The notes under the pieces are model-generated. The model was not told the DNA's origin, searched no databases, and worked only from the letters and a program-made list of their open reading frames with translations. Source: a virus. Taken from it: a DNA stretch of 64,000 nt. Position numbers and translations under genes: made by a program. Position 1 is the first letter of the stretch. The number at the start of each line of letters is the position of its first letter. The stretch is from positions 32,001-96,000 of the IMG/VR virus record IMGVR_UViG_3300010885_004110. One strand, 5' to 3'. Shown piece by piece: positions 11,035-20,781 of this stretch.

Positions 11035-12594
11035 TTATGCGTCCCTATCTGTATTTGTTGGTGTAAAGAAATCAGGTGCCTGATTCTCATGTAGTGCCCA
11101 CGGTTCGTGCATTGGTATACGTTTCATTATGCTTTTTAATGGTTTACTAACTGCATATCTATTTTTGCCGTCCCATTTTTCTGTTGAGCTAGTTACAACA
11201 TTTTCGTGTGTTTGTAACAACTCTGTTAACGCTGCATCTGCTGCTGCGGGAGCGGCAGGACCGTTAAGATTAATATTGCCACCTGAAATTGTTGTGTTTG
11301 TAGCACCGACTGAAAAATCTCCACCGGCAGTGATTTTTGCTGCGCCTCCACTTTTAATATCAAGTGTGCCAGCAGATGTAATTTTATTATTTCCTGTAGT
11401 GTTTATATCTACATTTCCAGTAGTAGTTATAAGCCCATCTTTACCGACTACTATTTCTAAATTTGTTGCAATGTCAGCGTGTAGTCTACCTTCTTCTGCT
11501 CTTAAATTTAAATTTCTTCCTGCTTCAAAATTGATATCTCTATCGGCTCTAAAATTTAAATCATTTTCGCTGTGTATACTAATGCTATCTTCGGCATAGA
11601 TATCGATCTTACCATTGCTAGTCATTTCAATCCAAGTTGTTCCCCTAGCGTTTCCTATATAGATTAAATCTTCGCTATTGTGTAATAGTATCTGGTGCCC
11701 TGTTCTTGTACGAACTCTAAAGTATTCATTGTAGGGAATATTAGGATCACCTTTTTCGTTATTTAAAGTGTCGGCATAATCCATTGATCCGGTGCTTGCA
11801 GGTTTTTTACGTTGATATTGATCGTCACCATCGTCAAATACCATTGTTGTTCCACCAAGTCTACTAACAGGAACAGTGCTTGGACTCTTTGTTTGTTTCT
11901 TTCCAATAAATTGTTTTTTAGCGCCACTTCCTCTATCAAACGGACCGGGGGTGCTAATTCCAAATACTGTATTAGGTATACTACGTCTACTAGTCGATGT
12001 AGTGACTCCCCTAACATCGTCTTCTAATAAACCTTGTTCTAAAAATCTATCAGCAATGGGATGAACAGCTTTTTTAATCTTACCCATTTCTAATTTTTTT
12101 TCTAGATTATTAGTTTTTCTATTAACTTCCCCCACTGGCAGAGGTTGAGTAGTATCATACTTTTTCTTTTGATCAGCAGTTAGTTCAACTTCTGTTGACC
12201 CTGCAATTGCCGGGATCATATGATTTGCAAAGCGTCCGGGTACACAGGCAAACCAATATCCTTCCGATGGTTTACCATCTACAAATGCACACAACACTGT
12301 AGTGCCAATTTCCGGTGTAGGAAACCACATTCCGTAACTTTTTTGAGTGTCATTAAAGTCATCTTTGTTTAACCCTTGATACTCATAGGCAGTTACACCA
12401 TAGAAGGGACTAGCATATTTTAAATTATATGTTTGTCCAATATCTCCTATTTCATTTCCGTTATCTCTTGTAATTGCTGCTTCAACTCCACCCATAAATG
12501 AAGGATCCAAATATCCAACTACCTTGGCCATCATGACCCCAGTACCCATTTTACCGGATGCTTCACTAACGGCTGTTCTTTTTTCTGTTGACAT
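11035..12594 (-). CDS. gp5: Baseplate hub/spike protein, gp5/VgrG-like (no lysozyme domain visible)
   Basis: OB-fold-like N-terminus (SYGMWFPTPEIGTTVLCAF), RTRTGHQILLHNSEDLIYI and beta-helix-type repeats (GKIDIYAEDSISIHSENDLNFRADRDINFEAGRN). Confidence 0.78.
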   Translation of the reverse strand: MSTEKRTAVSEASGKMGTGVMMAKVVGYLDPSFMGGVEAAITRDNGNEIGDIGQTYNLKYASPFYGVTAYEYQGLNKDDFNDTQKSYGMWFPTPEIGTTVLCAFVDGKPSEGYWFACVPGRFANHMIPAIAGSTEVELTADQKKKYDTTQPLPVGEVNRKTNNLEKKLEMGKIKKAVHPIADRFLEQGLLEDDVRGVTTSTSRRSIPNTVFGISTPGPFDRGSGAKKQFIGKKQTKSPSTVPVSRLGGTTMVFDDGDDQYQRKKPASTGSMDYADTLNNEKGDPNIPYNEYFRVRTRTGHQILLHNSEDLIYIGNARGTTWIEMTSNGKIDIYAEDSISIHSENDLNFRADRDINFEAGRNLNLRAEEGRLHADIATNLEIVVGKDGLITTTGNVDINTTGNNKITSAGTLDIKSGGAAKITAGGDFSVGATNTTISGGNINLNGPAAPAAADAALTELLQTHENVVTSSTEKWDGKNRYAVSKPLKSIMKRIPMHEPWALHENQAPDFFTPTNTDRDA

Positions 12595-12597
12595 TTG

Positions 12598-14925
12598 TTA
12601 TCCCATAAAGTCGCCAAGTGCGGCGTTGTTTGCTGCTATGTCTTCATCTGTTGGTCCGGACCTTGGAGGCTCAGGTGTAGTTGTATCGTATAACATCTGT
12701 GTTTGTTTGCTAATTGCTTCAGAACCGTCAATGTAATCGTTACCTTGGCCTTGTAATCTCATTAGTTCAAGAGTTTGCTGGAAGGATCCGCCGGAAAATT
12801 TGCTGTTGACATAGTTGACTTTGTAAATTCCGCTGAACGGACTAATCCATTCTCCCTTAGGAAAATTGTATAATCCACCTTCACCTGTAACTCCTAAATT
12901 AGGTTCTATAGGACTTCTCCAAGATATAAAAACATAAATTTCGCTAGCTTCCCAATTCATACTAGCATCTGTAGTGACTTGTGGATTACTACTTTCTTCT
13001 GCAAAATAATTAGAATTAATTCCGCTGTCAGATATAAAAAACGGATCTCCTAAAATATCAATGTTGACATTTGCTAAATCTTTAGAGCCGTTTAAGAATG
13101 CATGATTAAATGCATCAGCAATCACTTGTTCAACTGTTTTATCTCCAGAGGCAGTTCCTGTTTTAATACTGTAATCAGGCTTAATTGCGGCTCCTCCAGC
13201 TAGTGAAGTAACACCACTAGAAGCTTCGCCTTTTTGTATAATTGCTTGATTTTTTTGTTCATCGGTGCCTGCTTGAATATCTTTATTAGCAACACTACCG
13301 TGCTGATTAGGTGGAGTTGGCATTTGTCCTTGGAACCACAAAGCATTTAATTGTATATCAAACTTTAATAAATCATTATTTGTTCCTGTATAGATATAAT
13401 CATATTTTTTTGCAATAATCTTTTGTAGTGCTCCTCGACCTGGAGGTGCTGCATTAGGATTTTTAAATACTGCAGAATCGACTTTGTAAGGAACTATACG
13501 ATAAACGTATTTTTTTGCCCTTACATTTCGTAATGGATCATATTCTAATAGTTGTATTTGACAATCAATTCTATACCAATTAATTGCATTATCTACAATT
13601 GCCGTAGGTTTGATTGCATTTTCGGCAAACTTAGAACTTAAAATAATTCTATTAATAATTTGACTTATTTTTTCTCCTTGTGGAAAAGTAAATAATCTTA
13701 AATTAGTATCAATAGACATTTTTTCTTTAATTACTTTTTGACCCTTTTCATCTACAACATCGCTTTCTGATTTGAAAACATAATTACCACCGGAGGTTGC
13801 ATCAAATCCCATAGTGTTAACATCACTACCTATTGCTCCACTGCCGAAGTCAACATCACTATCGTCTTCAGAAGTACCGAGATTTATAGGAATCTGAGCA
13901 TTGGGGTCGGCGGTGGCTCTAAGACTATCTGTGGATGTTGACTTATCCTCTGTCCCCACCGGATCTGAAGCACTTACCGGAAATACTATCTGATACACGT
14001 CTGGATATGTTTGTTGTTTTTTAGCCACACGTTCTCGTTGAATTCTATTTAAAGTAGTGCATAAACTTCTTGCACCTGACGACAATACACTCTTACAAGT
14101 TTCGCCGGTGATTGATATTTCGTTAGGAACAACATTAACAAGATCACTAAATCCAGAATAGTGCAGTGGCATTGCTGTTACTTTGTATTTGCTTCCACCT
14201 TCATCTACTTTAAATTCTATTTGATTAATACGAACAGTAAAATATCTAGTTAGGTCGTCAGTTGATGAAAAGATTGCGCCGTTGTCTTTGAAACCTTTAA
14301 ATTCTAACATTAACAAATATGGTGTTACTTCTAGATAACTAGGATATCCTGCATTAACTGCGGCAGTTTTCATACTCTGTAAAAATAATCCCATACTGTA
14401 AGGTTCGAATACATCAAAGGTAATGTTAAAATTATTTGTGTTACCTTCTTTAGCACCTGGAGCAACATTGTGCTTCATTTGTACGTTGTCTATAAAATAC
14501 TCAGGGGCGCCGTTTACTGTATTTGCACGTTTGTCGTCAAACCTACCGGCCGATGATAAAATTACATTGTTTAGTGCTGATGGATTATTCCTATATAATT
14601 TAGGATTGTTAAATTGATTTGGTTCTAAACAGGCCAGTGTCCATAGAGGAGCATAAGAAGCAAATTGTTCTAATACGTTTTCATACGGGGGGCCGCCGGC
14701 AGGCGAGTTTACAAAAGCAGTTAACAATGGAGCAATTTTAGCAGGATCAGGTTCATAGTTTTGACCTTGTCCTGGAGTCATTGTTGCTCCACCGACAACG
14801 GCATTAGTCAATTGTCTTGCAGATCCAACCGCTAGATTAATTGCCGCTGCTACATTAAGAACCGGGTTGCCATCGGGTCTTAATACATTTCCTAGAGCTT
14901 GCCCGATATCACGAAAATCTGGCAT
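12598..14925 (-). CDS. Putative baseplate hub protein
   Basis: 775-aa ORF between gp53-like and gp5-like genes; C-terminal ILGDPFFI...SGIYKVNYVNSKFSGGSFQQTLELMR resembles gp27/hub-type proteins. Confidence 0.55.
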   Translation of the reverse strand: MPDFRDIGQALGNVLRPDGNPVLNVAAAINLAVGSARQLTNAVVGGATMTPGQGQNYEPDPAKIAPLLTAFVNSPAGGPPYENVLEQFASYAPLWTLACLEPNQFNNPKLYRNNPSALNNVILSSAGRFDDKRANTVNGAPEYFIDNVQMKHNVAPGAKEGNTNNFNITFDVFEPYSMGLFLQSMKTAAVNAGYPSYLEVTPYLLMLEFKGFKDNGAIFSSTDDLTRYFTVRINQIEFKVDEGGSKYKVTAMPLHYSGFSDLVNVVPNEISITGETCKSVLSSGARSLCTTLNRIQRERVAKKQQTYPDVYQIVFPVSASDPVGTEDKSTSTDSLRATADPNAQIPINLGTSEDDSDVDFGSGAIGSDVNTMGFDATSGGNYVFKSESDVVDEKGQKVIKEKMSIDTNLRLFTFPQGEKISQIINRIILSSKFAENAIKPTAIVDNAINWYRIDCQIQLLEYDPLRNVRAKKYVYRIVPYKVDSAVFKNPNAAPPGRGALQKIIAKKYDYIYTGTNNDLLKFDIQLNALWFQGQMPTPPNQHGSVANKDIQAGTDEQKNQAIIQKGEASSGVTSLAGGAAIKPDYSIKTGTASGDKTVEQVIADAFNHAFLNGSKDLANVNIDILGDPFFISDSGINSNYFAEESSNPQVTTDASMNWEASEIYVFISWRSPIEPNLGVTGEGGLYNFPKGEWISPFSGIYKVNYVNSKFSGGSFQQTLELMRLQGQGNDYIDGSEAISKQTQMLYDTTTPEPPRSGPTDEDIAANNAALGDFMG

Positions 14926-14926
14926 G

Positions 14927-15226
14927 TTAAACCCCTATGTACTTTTCTATATTAGATTTTTTAGGACAATAGATTTGTGTGCCCGGGGAAAAATCATATA
15001 TAGGATCTTTGAGAATGCTCATGTTACGCTGCACAAATACCCACCATAGTTTTGGATTACCGTATAAATCATAAGCTAATAAATCCGGTCTATTCTTATA
15101 CTGAGTTTCAATTGTATATAAGAAATCATCTGCTTCTGCAGGAACTGGTCTAATTGTTATTAACTCTAGATAAAGATTATTTTGCTTAGAGTTATAATAT
15201 GGTGATGCTCGATTGTAAGTTGCCAT
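14927..15226 (-). CDS. gp53: Baseplate wedge protein, gp53/LysM-like
   Basis: RPDLLAYDLYGNPKLWWVF...N...DPIYDF..G..IYCP motif. Confidence 0.75.
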   Translation of the reverse strand: MATYNRASPYYNSKQNNLYLELITIRPVPAEADDFLYTIETQYKNRPDLLAYDLYGNPKLWWVFVQRNMSILKDPIYDFSPGTQIYCPKKSNIEKYIGV

Positions 15227-15227
15227 T

Positions 15228-16361
15228 TTAGATGTATCCCGTTAGTTTGCCGCCGGCATAATCTTTTAAATTAAATTGTCTTAATCGTGTTCTATTATAG
15301 ATAGGCGATACAGTAACGCTGATAGTTGACATGATCGGAACCCATGTCGGTGCCCCGCCACTAGCAGGTGTATATTTCATGTAGTTTACATCGTCTTTAA
15401 AGTCTACGCTAAAACTTTTTACAATCACAGGAACATTATTAAAAATTCTTGCACCATATCCTGTTAAATTACAAACTACAGGAGGATTACCAACATGTTC
15501 GCCTTGTCCGAAAAACATTTTTGTTGAAGTTTTTAAGAATGTAGTCCCTTGTATCCAATATTCTGCATCCATTTCGTTTTCTACAGAAAACTCTCCACTA
15601 ATTTGAATATCGTCTACCTGACTATTTTTATAAGCATAGAACGGTTGAATATTGTGTATCGGATCTATCTGCGAGTAGTTAGCTTTTGATGCTACTGTGA
15701 TGCTTGGCAAATAGGGCCAAACAAATCCACCAGTTTCAGATAGTCGACTAAATGCGCCTCCAAATAAACCAAAGTTGCAATTTAATTTAACACGCCAGTC
15801 AGCTTCTGACCCCGCTTTTAACTCAACAAATGCTCCCTGTTGCTTAAATAATTCTGCACCACTAGGTAGATTCTTTCCTCTTGTCATACTGAGAAGATTG
15901 TTTAACATTCCAGCTGCCGATGAAATTTGTCCAGCTGCTGCTGCTAGACCACCGCCTAGTCCACCACTGGCTAACCCTAATTTGTTTAAACTTGCACCAA
16001 TAGCTGCACTAGCATTACTGATTGCACCGGCGGCGCCGCCTAATGCACCCGCAGCACCCGCTAATGCTCCTTGTGCATTTGAAACCATACTTTGTATAGG
16101 GTTTCCAATGTTACCAAGTGCTGAAGCTGCTCCACCTAGCGCACCACCTGTCTTGCCAATTAACTCGCTGGCTGCAGATGTTGCTCCGTTCAACCCGCTA
16201 CCTAGTTCGCCAGCTAGACTGCCAATTTTAGAATCCAATCCTGCTTTAAGAGATGCAAAATTTGTGCTGGCTATTGCACCGCTTGCTGCGGCAGAGGCAG
16301 AGTTTACCTGCGCTGACACAGAAGAAACTAACTTAGCCAAAGGATTTGTAGATAATGCCAT
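15228..16361 (-). CDS. Tail-tube initiator / baseplate-tube junction protein (gp48/gp54-like) with Gly/Ala-rich N-terminus
   Basis: C-terminal half has a tube-like signature (FVWPYLPSITV...YKNSQVDDIQISGEF...PPVVCNLTGYG...VPVIVKSFSVDF); first gene of the baseplate operon. Confidence 0.6.
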   Translation of the reverse strand: MALSTNPLAKLVSSVSAQVNSASAAASGAIASTNFASLKAGLDSKIGSLAGELGSGLNGATSAASELIGKTGGALGGAASALGNIGNPIQSMVSNAQGALAGAAGALGGAAGAISNASAAIGASLNKLGLASGGLGGGLAAAAGQISSAAGMLNNLLSMTRGKNLPSGAELFKQQGAFVELKAGSEADWRVKLNCNFGLFGGAFSRLSETGGFVWPYLPSITVASKANYSQIDPIHNIQPFYAYKNSQVDDIQISGEFSVENEMDAEYWIQGTTFLKTSTKMFFGQGEHVGNPPVVCNLTGYGARIFNNVPVIVKSFSVDFKDDVNYMKYTPASGGAPTWVPIMSTISVTVSPIYNRTRLRQFNLKDYAGGKLTGYI

Positions 16362-16387
16362 TTTGAATGAATTTTCCTATTATTCAG

Positions 16388-16394
16388 TATTTAT
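16388..16394 (-). promoter_or_regulatory. Late promoter box ATAAATA for the baseplate operon
   Basis: tatttat on + strand, ~27 nt upstream of ATG 16361. Confidence 0.6.
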
Positions 16395-16407
16395 TCTTGA
16401 CAAAATG

Positions 16408-16416
16408 TGCTATTAT
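16408..16416 (+). promoter_or_regulatory. Possible extended -10 host-sigma promoter (TGcTATTAT) for gp55
   Basis: TG-n-TATTAT followed by GGAG at 16427 and ATG at 16443. Confidence 0.35.
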
Positions 16417-16424
16417 ATTAACTA

Positions 16425-17294
16425 ATGGAGAAACCACCGTCAATGACACCTATACCTAAAGTAAAATATCTAACGAACAAGGATCTACTAAAAGAAATAC
16501 ATTTAAGCAAAAATACATATTGTTCATATGTAGATCCTAGCTATGGAGATTATGATATTATTCTCCCTAGTCTAGAAAAACTTAATATTAGAACTGTAGC
16601 AGAAGCCAAAAGAAATAAAGCAATTAAAATGAGCAAGAAAGCTCACGAGATAGCGCAATCGGGAGGAAAGAAATTTCCTGCCAAAGACTACGAAGTAGAT
16701 TATAAAAAAATTCAGAAAACAGACGTAGTATTTCGTATTATGACGTTTGAACATGTGCCATTGGCGCCCGGTCGTAAAAAGACTCTCAAGAATACTGCTG
16801 ACAGTCATGAAAAAGTAAATTTTCCTCCATTCCAACATTGGAAATACGACGACAATGATAATTTGATCTTAGTCGGCAAGAGTCATTGGAAGGGAGACTT
16901 TGTTACTGGAACGTTTAATAAAGAACACGGAAAGATGACTAACAATCTTGCACGTATGTTTTTAAAACTTTGTGAGCGTTATGCTACTAGAGGTAATGTT
17001 CGTGGATACACCTACAACGATGAAATGCGTGGGCAGGCTATTCTTCAACTAACTCAAATAGGACTTCAATTCGATGAAAGCAAATCTGACAATCCTTTTG
17101 CTTATTATACTGCTGCTGTTACAAATAGTTTTGTGCGTATCATTAACATCGAGAAACGAAATCAAAATATCAGAGACGATATTCTCGAAATGAATGGTAT
17201 GAATCCTAGTTGGACTAGACAGAATGCCAGTGGAGGTAGTCAATATAACGGCCCTGCTGCTGCTGGAGACGGCGGTGGTAGCGATTGGGATTGA
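16425..17294 (+). CDS. gp55: Late-transcription sigma factor, T4 gp55-like (probable start MTPIPK at 16443)
   Basis: YLTNKDLLKEI...LCERYATRGNVRGYTYNDEMRGQAILQL...FDESKSDNPFAYYT...NSFVRIINIEKR; canonical gp55-gp47-gp46 synteny. Confidence 0.88.
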   Translation: MEKPPSMTPIPKVKYLTNKDLLKEIHLSKNTYCSYVDPSYGDYDIILPSLEKLNIRTVAEAKRNKAIKMSKKAHEIAQSGGKKFPAKDYEVDYKKIQKTDVVFRIMTFEHVPLAPGRKKTLKNTADSHEKVNFPPFQHWKYDDNDNLILVGKSHWKGDFVTGTFNKEHGKMTNNLARMFLKLCERYATRGNVRGYTYNDEMRGQAILQLTQIGLQFDESKSDNPFAYYTAAVTNSFVRIINIEKRNQNIRDDILEMNGMNPSWTRQNASGGSQYNGPAAAGDGGGSDWD

Positions 17295-17319
17295 CCCGTG
17301 TGTTGTAAAATAGTACAAT
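17291..17319 (+). promoter_or_regulatory. Sigma70-type promoter for gp47/gp46
   Basis: TTGACC - 17 nt - TACAAT, followed by AAGGAG RBS and ATG at 17335. Confidence 0.7.
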
Positions 17320-17334
17320 ACTAAAGGAGAATCT

Positions 17335-18345
17335 ATGTCATTATTTAAAAAAGTAGCGTGTTTTACTGATATCCATTTTGGTCTTAAATCAGGAAGTCGT
17401 ACACATAATCAAGATTGCGAAGATTTTGTAACTTGGTTTTGTGAAACTGCCAAGGCAGCAGGTGCAGAAACTTGCATCTTCCTTGGCGACTGGCATCATA
17501 ATCGCAGTACTACAGATGTTAGTACTATGAATTATACCGTTTCAAACTTAGAGAAGCTTAATAATAACTTTGAAAAAGTATATCTTATCATGGGTAATCA
17601 TGATGAGTTTTATAAAGACAAACGTGAAATCCATAGTCTAGAATTTGCTAGACTGTTCCCTAATATTCAAGTTGTTAATAAAACACACACTGACGGTGAT
17701 GTTACTATTATGCCGTGGTTAGTTGGGGACGAATGGAAAACTATTCCAAATATTAAAAGCAAATACATATTTGGACATTTAGAACTACCTAGCTTCTACA
17801 TGAATGCCATGGTACAGATGCCGGATCACGGGCAGGTACAGAGTAGTCATTTTGTTAATCAAGAATATGTATTCACTGGTCATTTTCACAAAAGACAAAA
17901 TTCTCAAAACATATGGTATATGGGTAATGCATTCCCACACAACTACGCCGATGCAGGTGACGATGATCGAGGTATGATGTTATTAGAATGGGGCAACAAA
18001 CCTGAATTTAAAACTTGGCCTGGGCAACCAATTTATAGAACTTATAAACTTAGTCAAATTATTGATACCCCTGATGCTCTACTCAGAGAAAAAATGCATT
18101 GTCGTGTTACTATCGACTTGCCTATTAGTTTTGAAGAAGCAAACTTTATCAAAGAACAATTTATTCCACAATACAACTTGCGTGAACTAATGCTAATACC
18201 GGAAAAGGTAGAAGTAGAATCAAATTCAGTTCCTATAGATATTAATTTTGAAAGCGTAGATACAATAGTCATGAATCAAATTAATGCTATTGAGAGCGAT
18301 AGTTATAACAAAGCAATGTTGTTAGACATTTACAAAGACCTATGA
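17335..18345 (+). CDS. gp47: Recombination nuclease subunit, gp47 (Mre11/SbcD)
   Basis: Metallophosphoesterase motifs DIHFG, GDWHH, GNHD, GHLE, GHFH. Confidence 0.93.
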   Translation: MSLFKKVACFTDIHFGLKSGSRTHNQDCEDFVTWFCETAKAAGAETCIFLGDWHHNRSTTDVSTMNYTVSNLEKLNNNFEKVYLIMGNHDEFYKDKREIHSLEFARLFPNIQVVNKTHTDGDVTIMPWLVGDEWKTIPNIKSKYIFGHLELPSFYMNAMVQMPDHGQVQSSHFVNQEYVFTGHFHKRQNSQNIWYMGNAFPHNYADAGDDDRGMMLLEWGNKPEFKTWPGQPIYRTYKLSQIIDTPDALLREKMHCRVTIDLPISFEEANFIKEQFIPQYNLRELMLIPEKVEVESNSVPIDINFESVDTIVMNQINAIESDSYNKAMLLDIYKDL

Positions 18346-20120
18346 TAAAAATTAAAAATTTAACAGTACGTAATTTTATGAGTGTTGGCGCACAAACTCA
18401 AGCTATTGGGTTTGACAAAGGAAATCTAACATTGGTGTTAGGTGAAAATTTAGATTTAGGTGGAGACGATAGTGGAGCTCGTAATGGTACTGGCAAAACA
18501 ACTATTATTAACGGACTCAGTTATGCTATTTTTGGCACAGCATTAACAAACATTAAAAAAGATAACCTCATTAATAAAATTAACGGCAAGGGAATGTTGT
18601 GTACTGTTAGTTTTGAGAAAGACGGTGTTGATTATCATATTGAAAGAGGTCGCAAGCCTAACCTATTGAAGTTTAGTATTAACGGACAAGAACAAGAATC
18701 TACAGATCGAGACGAAAGTCAAGGTGATAGTAGAGAAACACAGAAAGCCATCGATGAGTTATTCGGTCTAAGTCATGATATGTTTAAAAATATCATAGCA
18801 TTGAACACTTACACTGAACCGTTTTTGTCTATGAAATCTTCTGATCAAAGAAATATTATTGAGCAATTGTTAGGTATTACACAGTTGTCTGAAAAAGCAG
18901 AAGCATTGAAGGAACAAATTAAATTATCCAAAGATGCTATTGTAACAGAGAATACAAAAATTGAAACAATTAAAATTTCAAATGAAAAAATACAACAAAG
19001 TATTGATGCTCTAGAACGTAAACAACGCATGTGGGAAGAACAGCATGAAACTAATGTTACTAATCTAGCAAAAGCCATTGACAAACTATTGCATATTAAC
19101 ATCGACGATGAAATTCTGGCGCATCGAGCATTAGATGCACACAACGTAAAACGTAAAACTATTAACGATCTTAATAGTTGGATTAAGCGATGTGAATTAG
19201 ATGAAACTAGAGAACAAAAACTAATTGACACTCTTAAGATAGAAATTGCTAGTTTAGAAAATCATACATGTCATAGTTGTGGACAGTCATTTCATGACGA
19301 CAAACAAGTTATATTGCTAGAAAAGAAGAAAAAAGATCTACAAGAAGCTGCATTACAGGCATTAGCTACTAACGGTCAATTACTCGAACACTCCGAGGCG
19401 CTTGCAACTCTAGGAGAGTTAGATGCTATGCCAGAAGTAACTTACGATAATCTAGAACAAGCGTTAAATCACAAAAATACATTGAGTAGTCTAGAACGTG
19501 ATTTAGAAGTTAAATGTTCAGAAAGCAATCCTTATCTTGAACAAATTAACGAACTTAAAAATACCGCTGTACAAGACATCAACTGGGATTCAGTAAATCA
19601 ACTGGTTAAACTTAAAGATCATCAAGAGTTTTTATACAAGTTATTAACAAATAAAGATAGTTTTGTTCGTAAACGAATAATTGATCAGAACCTAGCCTTC
19701 TTAAATCAACGATTAACCTACTATCTTGATAAGATTGGATTACCACACATTGTAGAATTTCAGAACGATTTAACGGTGATTATTACACAACTTGGGCAGG
19801 ACTTAGACTTCGATAATCTCAGTAGAGGTGAACGAAATAGACTCATATTGAGCATGAGTTGGGCGTTCCGTGATGTGTGGGAAAACCTATATACTTCTAT
19901 TAATTTGTTGTTTATTGACGAATTAGTAGATAGCGGCATGGATTCTAGTGGTGTTGAATCCAGCATTGCGGTATTAAAACGCATGAGTCGAGAGCGTGAT
20001 AAGAATATTTTCTTAATTTCACATCGAGACGATTTAGCTAGCCGTGTAAATCATGTACTTAAAGTTATTAAAGAGAATGGATTTACTAGCTATTCAAATG
20101 ACGTGGAGATTGTTGCTTGA
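18342..20120 (+). CDS. gp46: Recombination ATPase subunit, gp46 (Rad50/SbcC)
   Basis: Walker A NGTGKTT, coiled coil with Zn-hook CHSC, signature LSRGE, Walker B LLFIDE, H-loop ISH. Confidence 0.95.
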   Translation: MIKIKNLTVRNFMSVGAQTQAIGFDKGNLTLVLGENLDLGGDDSGARNGTGKTTIINGLSYAIFGTALTNIKKDNLINKINGKGMLCTVSFEKDGVDYHIERGRKPNLLKFSINGQEQESTDRDESQGDSRETQKAIDELFGLSHDMFKNIIALNTYTEPFLSMKSSDQRNIIEQLLGITQLSEKAEALKEQIKLSKDAIVTENTKIETIKISNEKIQQSIDALERKQRMWEEQHETNVTNLAKAIDKLLHINIDDEILAHRALDAHNVKRKTINDLNSWIKRCELDETREQKLIDTLKIEIASLENHTCHSCGQSFHDDKQVILLEKKKKDLQEAALQALATNGQLLEHSEALATLGELDAMPEVTYDNLEQALNHKNTLSSLERDLEVKCSESNPYLEQINELKNTAVQDINWDSVNQLVKLKDHQEFLYKLLTNKDSFVRKRIIDQNLAFLNQRLTYYLDKIGLPHIVEFQNDLTVIITQLGQDLDFDNLSRGERNRLILSMSWAFRDVWENLYTSINLLFIDELVDSGMDSSGVESSIAVLKRMSRERDKNIFLISHRDDLASRVNHVLKVIKENGFTSYSNDVEIVA

Positions 20121-20347
20121 GTACAGATTCGCATGATAACATGATTCATGCATTTCAAGAATATTTTAAATGGCAGACCCGTTTTGAATACACAGGTGTA
20201 GACGAAGCGGGAATTAAGGCACGATATTGGTTATCAGAAATTAGAAACGAAGCAAGCATTAGGCGAACAGAAATCCAAAATAAGCGAAAAGATAGGCGAA
20301 CAGCCAGAAATGGCAAAACAGGAAGGCCACGTAAACTAATTACGTGA
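20117..20347 (+). CDS. Small basic hypothetical protein
   Basis: 76-aa ORF overlapping both neighbours by 4 nt (translational coupling); TTG start. Confidence 0.6.
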   Translation: MSTDSHDNMIHAFQEYFKWQTRFEYTGVDEAGIKARYWLSEIRNEASIRRTEIQNKRKDRRTARNGKTGRPRKLIT

Positions 20348-20781
20348 TGACATGGACTTATAAGAAGAAAGAAGTTACTGAAATCTCTGAAGATTACCTT
20401 GGTTTCGTATATCTTATTACTAATGTTGTCTCTGGTCGCAAGTATATAGGCAAAAAACTAGCTAAGTTTGCAAAGACAACTTATAAAACGGTTACTTTGA
20501 AGAACGGCAAAAAGAAGAAAAAGAAAATTAGAGGCAAGATCGAAAGCGACTGGAAGGACTATTATGGTTCTAGCGATGCGTTAACAGCAGATATACAGGC
20601 ATTAGGCAAAGACAATTTCACCAGAGAAATACTATTCTACTGCAAAAACAAATCAGAATGCAGTTATATTGAGGCAAGAGAACAATTCAAACATAAAGTT
20701 CTAGAATCAACTGACTGGTACAACGGTCATATACAAGTTCGAGTTCACGGCTCACACATTATTAAGAATAAGCTACCGTAG
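20344..20781 (+). CDS. Stand-alone GIY-YIG nuclease domain protein
   Basis: GFVYLITN...GRKYIGKK, YYGSS, conserved Glu (YIEAREQF) and YN; no appended DNA-binding domain. Confidence 0.85.
   Translation: MMTWTYKKKEVTEISEDYLGFVYLITNVVSGRKYIGKKLAKFAKTTYKTVTLKNGKKKKKKIRGKIESDWKDYYGSSDALTADIQALGKDNFTREILFYCKNKSECSYIEAREQFKHKVLESTDWYNGHIQVRVHGSHIIKNKLP

Noticed and set aside
16397-16416. Canonical TTGACA/-10 promoter
   Set aside because: Spacing between TTGACA and TATTAT is only 8 nt.
15775-16425. 216-aa antisense ORF
   Set aside because: Shadow of the Gly/Ala-rich minus-strand gene; the same applies to the many short antisense ORFs in the track.
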